From: a virus
Lineage: Duplodnaviria; Caudoviricetes
Strand: one strand, 5' to 3'
IMG/VR virus record: IMGVR_UViG_3300024339_000026
Coordinates: 1 to 48,167 of that record
DNA: 48,167 nt
The translations under genes were made by a program, and so were the position numbers. The notes beneath the pieces were generated by a model that was given only the letters and a program-made list of their open reading frames with translations, did not search any database and had not been told where the DNA came from. Each line of letters opens with the position of its first letter. Position 1 is the first letter of the stretch. Below are positions 44,391 to 48,167 of the stretch, piece after piece.

Positions 44391-46127
44391 ATGTCTGTAT
44401 TTTTTAATGGAAGACAGTGGGTATCCCCTGCGACGATGAGCAAAGTCGATGATTCGGCTATGTACAATCGCAATCCATCGGTTGGTAATATTGCTGCATT
44501 GATTGGTAAATCTACGGGTGGTGCACCCGCCAGCCCTTTGCGGTTTGGTTCTGCTTCTGAGGCTCGTTCAGTGCTTCGCTCTGGAGACTTGCTGACTGCG
44601 GTTGAGAAGGCTTTTGATGCCTCTAATGATACTGCTGGTCCTGCAGAGGTCGTTGCTTTTCGCGCTGATCCTGCTACCCAAGGAACCTATACCTTCGCTG
44701 GTCAGGGTGGTGCGAATAACTTGATGGTGGTTTCATCTTCTGATTATGGTGCGTGGGTTAACAATATCGCCATCAAAATTGAAGACGGCACCTCTCGTGG
44801 CAAAAAGATTACTACTCAATTTGGCAACGATTTTCATGTTGGCGACAATTTAGCCAGAGACGTTGCTGTTGTTAGCTACACGGGTAGTGGCACCAATCCG
44901 GGCATCTCTGTCTCTCCTGAGATTATTAATCTGTATGCAAATAATGCAACAGCCTCAATGATTGATCTCAGCACTATCGAGAATGTGGCGCAGTTGGTTG
45001 AGCGCATTAATTCTGTAACTGATTTTTCAGCTACACTGCAGGATGGGTCTGGAGATCTTCCTGTATTGCGAGTATTTGAGACGACAGGCAACAACGGAGC
45101 CTCAACCTCTTCTCTGGATGCTGGCGCAACTTACACTGTCACGGCTAACAGCTATGAGGCGGTCCGGTGGCTGAATAGCAATGCAGAAGGGTTTGTTGAT
45201 GCGCTATTGGTTGACCCGTCAAGCGCAATTGAGAATCTCGCTAACACCACTGGTTTTGTCTACCTGACCGGCGGCTCAGACGGTGCTGCAGTGACAGCCG
45301 ATTGGCAGACTTGCTTCGATGCTATGCAGCTTATTGATGTCCAGTTTGTGGCCCCAATCTCTGCGAGTCCAGCCGTCCATTCTATGGCTGATACACATTG
45401 TCAGTTTATGAGTGATGTAATGCGCATGGAACGCCGCTGCATTGTGGGTACAGATGTCAGCACAACGGATGATGATGCGATTGCTGCTGCACTTGCTCTA
45501 AACTCAGATCGTTGCTCTCTGGTTCATTTGGGCTTCTATGACTACGATTCGACCGGGGTGCTGGTGCTTCGTCCTCCCTACATTATGGCGGGTCTTCTGG
45601 CGGGCATGTTCTCCGGCGTAAACCCCGGAACTGCGTTGACCAACAAATCTATCAATGTGAATGGTTTGGAGCGTAGTCTCCGGAACCCTGTTGATACCGA
45701 CCGACTGATTAACGGTGGTGTTCTTGCCGTTGAGAGTACGCGCACCGGTTATCGTGTTGTGAAGTCGATAACTACATGGCTCACCAACAGCAACTACAAT
45801 CGTGTTGAGGTGTCTGTTGGATTTGCAGCCGACTTTGTTTCGCGCTCTGTTCGTGATGCGCTGGATCCGTTACGTGGCATGAAGGCGAATGCTGAGACGT
45901 TGTCCGAGGCAGAGATTCGCGTCACTTCGGCCCTTGGAGTTTTAGCTCTATCTGAACCATACGGTCCCGGAGTTCTTGCTGGTGATGCTGATAATCCTGC
46001 CTATCGAAACATTTATGTATCGATCGATGGTGATGTTTTGAGGGTCGAATTTGAGTGCTCTCCCGTTATTCCGATTAATTACATTCCGATCGTGGTGTTT
46101 GCTGCACCATACTCGAGCACGTCATAG
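44391..46127 (+). CDS. Tail sheath protein
   Basis: LIGKSTGG..LRSGDL..YLTGGSDG..LTNK..LINGGV..SITT..PVIPINYI. Confidence 0.9.
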   Translation: MSVFFNGRQWVSPATMSKVDDSAMYNRNPSVGNIAALIGKSTGGAPASPLRFGSASEARSVLRSGDLLTAVEKAFDASNDTAGPAEVVAFRADPATQGTYTFAGQGGANNLMVVSSSDYGAWVNNIAIKIEDGTSRGKKITTQFGNDFHVGDNLARDVAVVSYTGSGTNPGISVSPEIINLYANNATASMIDLSTIENVAQLVERINSVTDFSATLQDGSGDLPVLRVFETTGNNGASTSSLDAGATYTVTANSYEAVRWLNSNAEGFVDALLVDPSSAIENLANTTGFVYLTGGSDGAAVTADWQTCFDAMQLIDVQFVAPISASPAVHSMADTHCQFMSDVMRMERRCIVGTDVSTTDDDAIAAALALNSDRCSLVHLGFYDYDSTGVLVLRPPYIMAGLLAGMFSGVNPGTALTNKSINVNGLERSLRNPVDTDRLINGGVLAVESTRTGYRVVKSITTWLTNSNYNRVEVSVGFAADFVSRSVRDALDPLRGMKANAETLSEAEIRVTSALGVLALSEPYGPGVLAGDADNPAYRNIYVSIDGDVLRVEFECSPVIPINYIPIVVFAAPYSSTS

Positions 46128-46138
46128 GAGTATAAGTC

Positions 46139-46558
46139 ATGTCTGCAAATAATAACTCTAGATCAGGTAATTCCATCCGGGTGTCTCTCGGTGGCCTTCC
46201 TGTTGGTGTCATTCAGTCTGTTGATATGCGAGATGATTATTCGCCTGAAGCCTTGTCTGGTATTGGTGATATTCATGCTCAAGAGCATGTTCCTTCGATG
46301 GCCCGCCATACGCTTAATGTTGAGGAAATGGTACTTAAAACAGCCAGTCTTCTTAAAGCGGGTGTGGCTGTAGAGAACGGGGATGATGTTTTGAAGGGGA
46401 ATGTCTTTGATTTTTCTGTTGTCGATAAAGAATCCGGAACGGTGTTGCGTTCATACACTGGATGCTCGTATGCCTCTGGGTCAGTTACTGTGCGTAAGCA
46501 TGCGATCGTTGTCTCGAGTGCGATGTTCAATGCCCTTAATGTTACCGGTGTTCTGTAA
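46139..46558 (+). CDS. Tail tube protein
   Basis: Follows the sheath; VG.IQS..Y.PE.LSGIG..EHVP..YTGC. Confidence 0.8.
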   Translation: MSANNNSRSGNSIRVSLGGLPVGVIQSVDMRDDYSPEALSGIGDIHAQEHVPSMARHTLNVEEMVLKTASLLKAGVAVENGDDVLKGNVFDFSVVDKESGTVLRSYTGCSYASGSVTVRKHAIVVSSAMFNALNVTGVL

Positions 46559-46920
46559 TGCCTGAAAAGCGTACTGCGAAAGAGTCAGATGTAACTTTCA
46601 ATCTTGAAGGGGTTGGTGATTTTCGCTTAGCTCAGATGACTGTGCGTGATGTTCTGAACGTCAGTATTGAGCGTGCACGTTTATCGAGCGGGATGGGTGA
46701 TGATCAAGAGGTCGGCTTACTTGCTTCTGCTATTGCCAGAATTACAGTGCCTCTTGTCAATGGTCCGGATGGTTGGTGCACAGCGGATGAGCTGCAAGAT
46801 CTTGATCGTGAGAATATTGGAAAAATCATCAAACTCTATTTTTTGATAGTGGATCAAGAAGATTCCTTTCGAGTCGGGGTCGATACCCCGAACGAAGAAG
46901 ACAGCGAAAAAACTTTATAA
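46558..46920 (+). CDS. Tail assembly chaperone
   Basis: Between tube and tape measure; ends ...DSFR... Confidence 0.7.
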   Translation: MPEKRTAKESDVTFNLEGVGDFRLAQMTVRDVLNVSIERARLSSGMGDDQEVGLLASAIARITVPLVNGPDGWCTADELQDLDRENIGKIIKLYFLIVDQEDSFRVGVDTPNEEDSEKTL

Positions 46921-47128
46921 GACATTCGGTTATTGGTTTAGGAATCATTACAGGTTACCGCCCACTGACCCTCGTTATCTGGATATGACTCCAGAAGAGA
47001 TTGAGATAGAGTATTGGGCGTGGAATTACCTTCAGAATGGTGTTGGTGATGAGATCGAGACAGATGGGTATAATACCGATGATGTTCTTGCTGCGATGGA
47101 ATCTGACGATTGGGAGGATGTTCTCTGA
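46868..47128 (+). CDS. Frameshift extension of the tail chaperone (+1 frame)
   Basis: Open +1 frame YWFRNHYRLPPTDPRYLDMTPEEI...DDWEDVL with no ATG at its 5' end; TCC TTT CGA at 46864-46872. Confidence 0.65.
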   Translation, partial: FESGSIPRTKKTAKKLYKTFGYWFRNHYRLPPTDPRYLDMTPEEIEIEYWAWNYLQNGVGDEIETDGYNTDDVLAAMESDDWEDVL

Positions 47129-48167
47129 TGACTGAGAAGCTAACCATTGGTGTCGGCGCGGATCTGAGCGGTGTCGACGATGCCGTTGGTAAAACCAAAC
47201 AGAAAATAACCGAGGCGCACACTGAGCTGAATAAGCTCGGTGATTCATCCGGTAAACCTTCCATAGCTGATTATCCGTCAGCAACGGGTCTCCTTGATGG
47301 GCTGTCTGGCTCTGATAAACAGAAGGCCTACTCTGAAATTACCGACCTTAGCAAGCACATACGTGGCGAGTTCAAGGATGTATTTGGTGTTGAGCTTACT
47401 GATCACCATGTATCAAGTCTCTCAAAGGCTTTCTCAGAGCTAAAACGATCGAAGTCATCTCGGTGGAGCTACCTCGACCATTACACTTCTGTCTCTGATT
47501 TTCTTGGTGATGATCAAGAAGAGATGATGGGGTCGAAGAAGGCGGGGGGCGAGTATCGCAAACGAGTGTTATCTGAGATGGCTCGGCGTTCCAGCATTCA
47601 TACCCCCATCCCTGAACAAGATAACAATGATGAAGATCCTAGGCATCCAAGGCGGGGATGGTTTCAGTCTGCTGCCGCACAAGCCGGATCTGTAGGTGCC
47701 AATGCGGTTGCTGGAGGCGGCGGGTCAGTTCTTGCTGGTGGGGCGGGTGCTATAGGCCGATCAATGCTCACCAATCCATGGACCGCAATACCGGGCCTTG
47801 CAATGATGGTGGGTGGTGCAGTTATCGCCAAGAATTTACCGCAGGCTCAGGAGGAGGCGACACAGGTTGCGGATCTGCGTTCTATTCTGGGTGCTACCGT
47901 AACTGATTTTGATGGTCTGAGGGATACTTTACGGATTGGTGCTGAGCGGATGAAACTCACCTATGGTGAGACTGGAAAATTAGCGCAAGAATTCGCCAAG
48001 CTATCCTACGAAACGGATGGGATAAAAATAGCAAATGAACTTCGCACAGCGGTTGGTATGGCCCGCTCTTACGGTGAAGACCCTGCATTGATGACTCGAC
48101 TGTTTGGCACGCTGCGTAGGACCGAGGCTACATCCTCTCCAGAGGATAATCGCCGTCTTTCTTTCTC
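47128..48167 (+). CDS. Tape measure protein (N-terminal part, truncated by the window edge)
   Basis: MTEKLTIGVGADLSGVDDAV...; TGATG overlap with the previous stop; frame appears open to the end; expected synteny. Confidence 0.75.
   Translation, partial: MTEKLTIGVGADLSGVDDAVGKTKQKITEAHTELNKLGDSSGKPSIADYPSATGLLDGLSGSDKQKAYSEITDLSKHIRGEFKDVFGVELTDHHVSSLSKAFSELKRSKSSRWSYLDHYTSVSDFLGDDQEEMMGSKKAGGEYRKRVLSEMARRSSIHTPIPEQDNNDEDPRHPRRGWFQSAAAQAGSVGANAVAGGGGSVLAGGAGAIGRSMLTNPWTAIPGLAMMVGGAVIAKNLPQAQEEATQVADLRSILGATVTDFDGLRDTLRIGAERMKLTYGETGKLAQEFAKLSYETDGIKIANELRTAVGMARSYGEDPALMTRLFGTLRRTEATSSPEDNRRLSF

Noticed and set aside
46938-47906. ORF-track calls at 46938, 46955 and 47658
   Set aside because: They overlap the chaperone extension and the tape-measure frame starting at 47128, which the track missed because it has no stop in the window
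1-48167. tRNA, rRNA, terminase, portal, integrase or endolysin genes
   Set aside because: None recognisable by eye in this window; a tRNAscan/HMM run would be needed to exclude them formally

Overview
This window is a 48-kb segment of a tailed, contractile-tail (myovirus-type) phage or prophage. The capsid, neck, sheath and tube genes resemble the SPO1/Twort-type morphogenesis module. Layout: (1) 1-6.2 kb, + strand: putative head-packaged enzymes, namely a giant polyvalent protein (DUF6900-like x2, WGR, PI3/4-kinase-like, VIP2-type ADP-ribosyltransferase) and a NUDIX hydrolase. (2) 6.8-18.9 kb, - strand: early/accessory region of small ORFs. (3) 19-48 kb, + strand: HTH regulator, InPase+SNF2 polyvalent protein, prohead protease, scaffold, major capsid protein, fibre/baseplate-like proteins, holin-like genes, neck, sheath, tube, frameshifted chaperone and the start of the tape measure. 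The standout element is a ~750-bp non-coding array (16609-17362) of ~20 units of 36 nt: two alternating 9-nt repeats separated by variable 9-nt spacers. It lies directly downstream of a nuclease-less IS110/Nop-domain gene (17375-18280), the architecture of a TIGR-Tas (TasA-type) RNA-guided system. Other notable observations: integron attC-like hairpins between small phage genes (7.7-9.5 kb) with the ORFs antisense to the usual cassette orientation; a GTCGTGA-N3-YANNNT putative late-promoter motif that often appears to give leaderless mRNAs; repeated operator/promoter blocks; and a shared N-terminal motif plus [LMF]xK[SA] sites suggesting protease-processed capsid cargo. All family assignments come from motif recognition by eye, not database searches.
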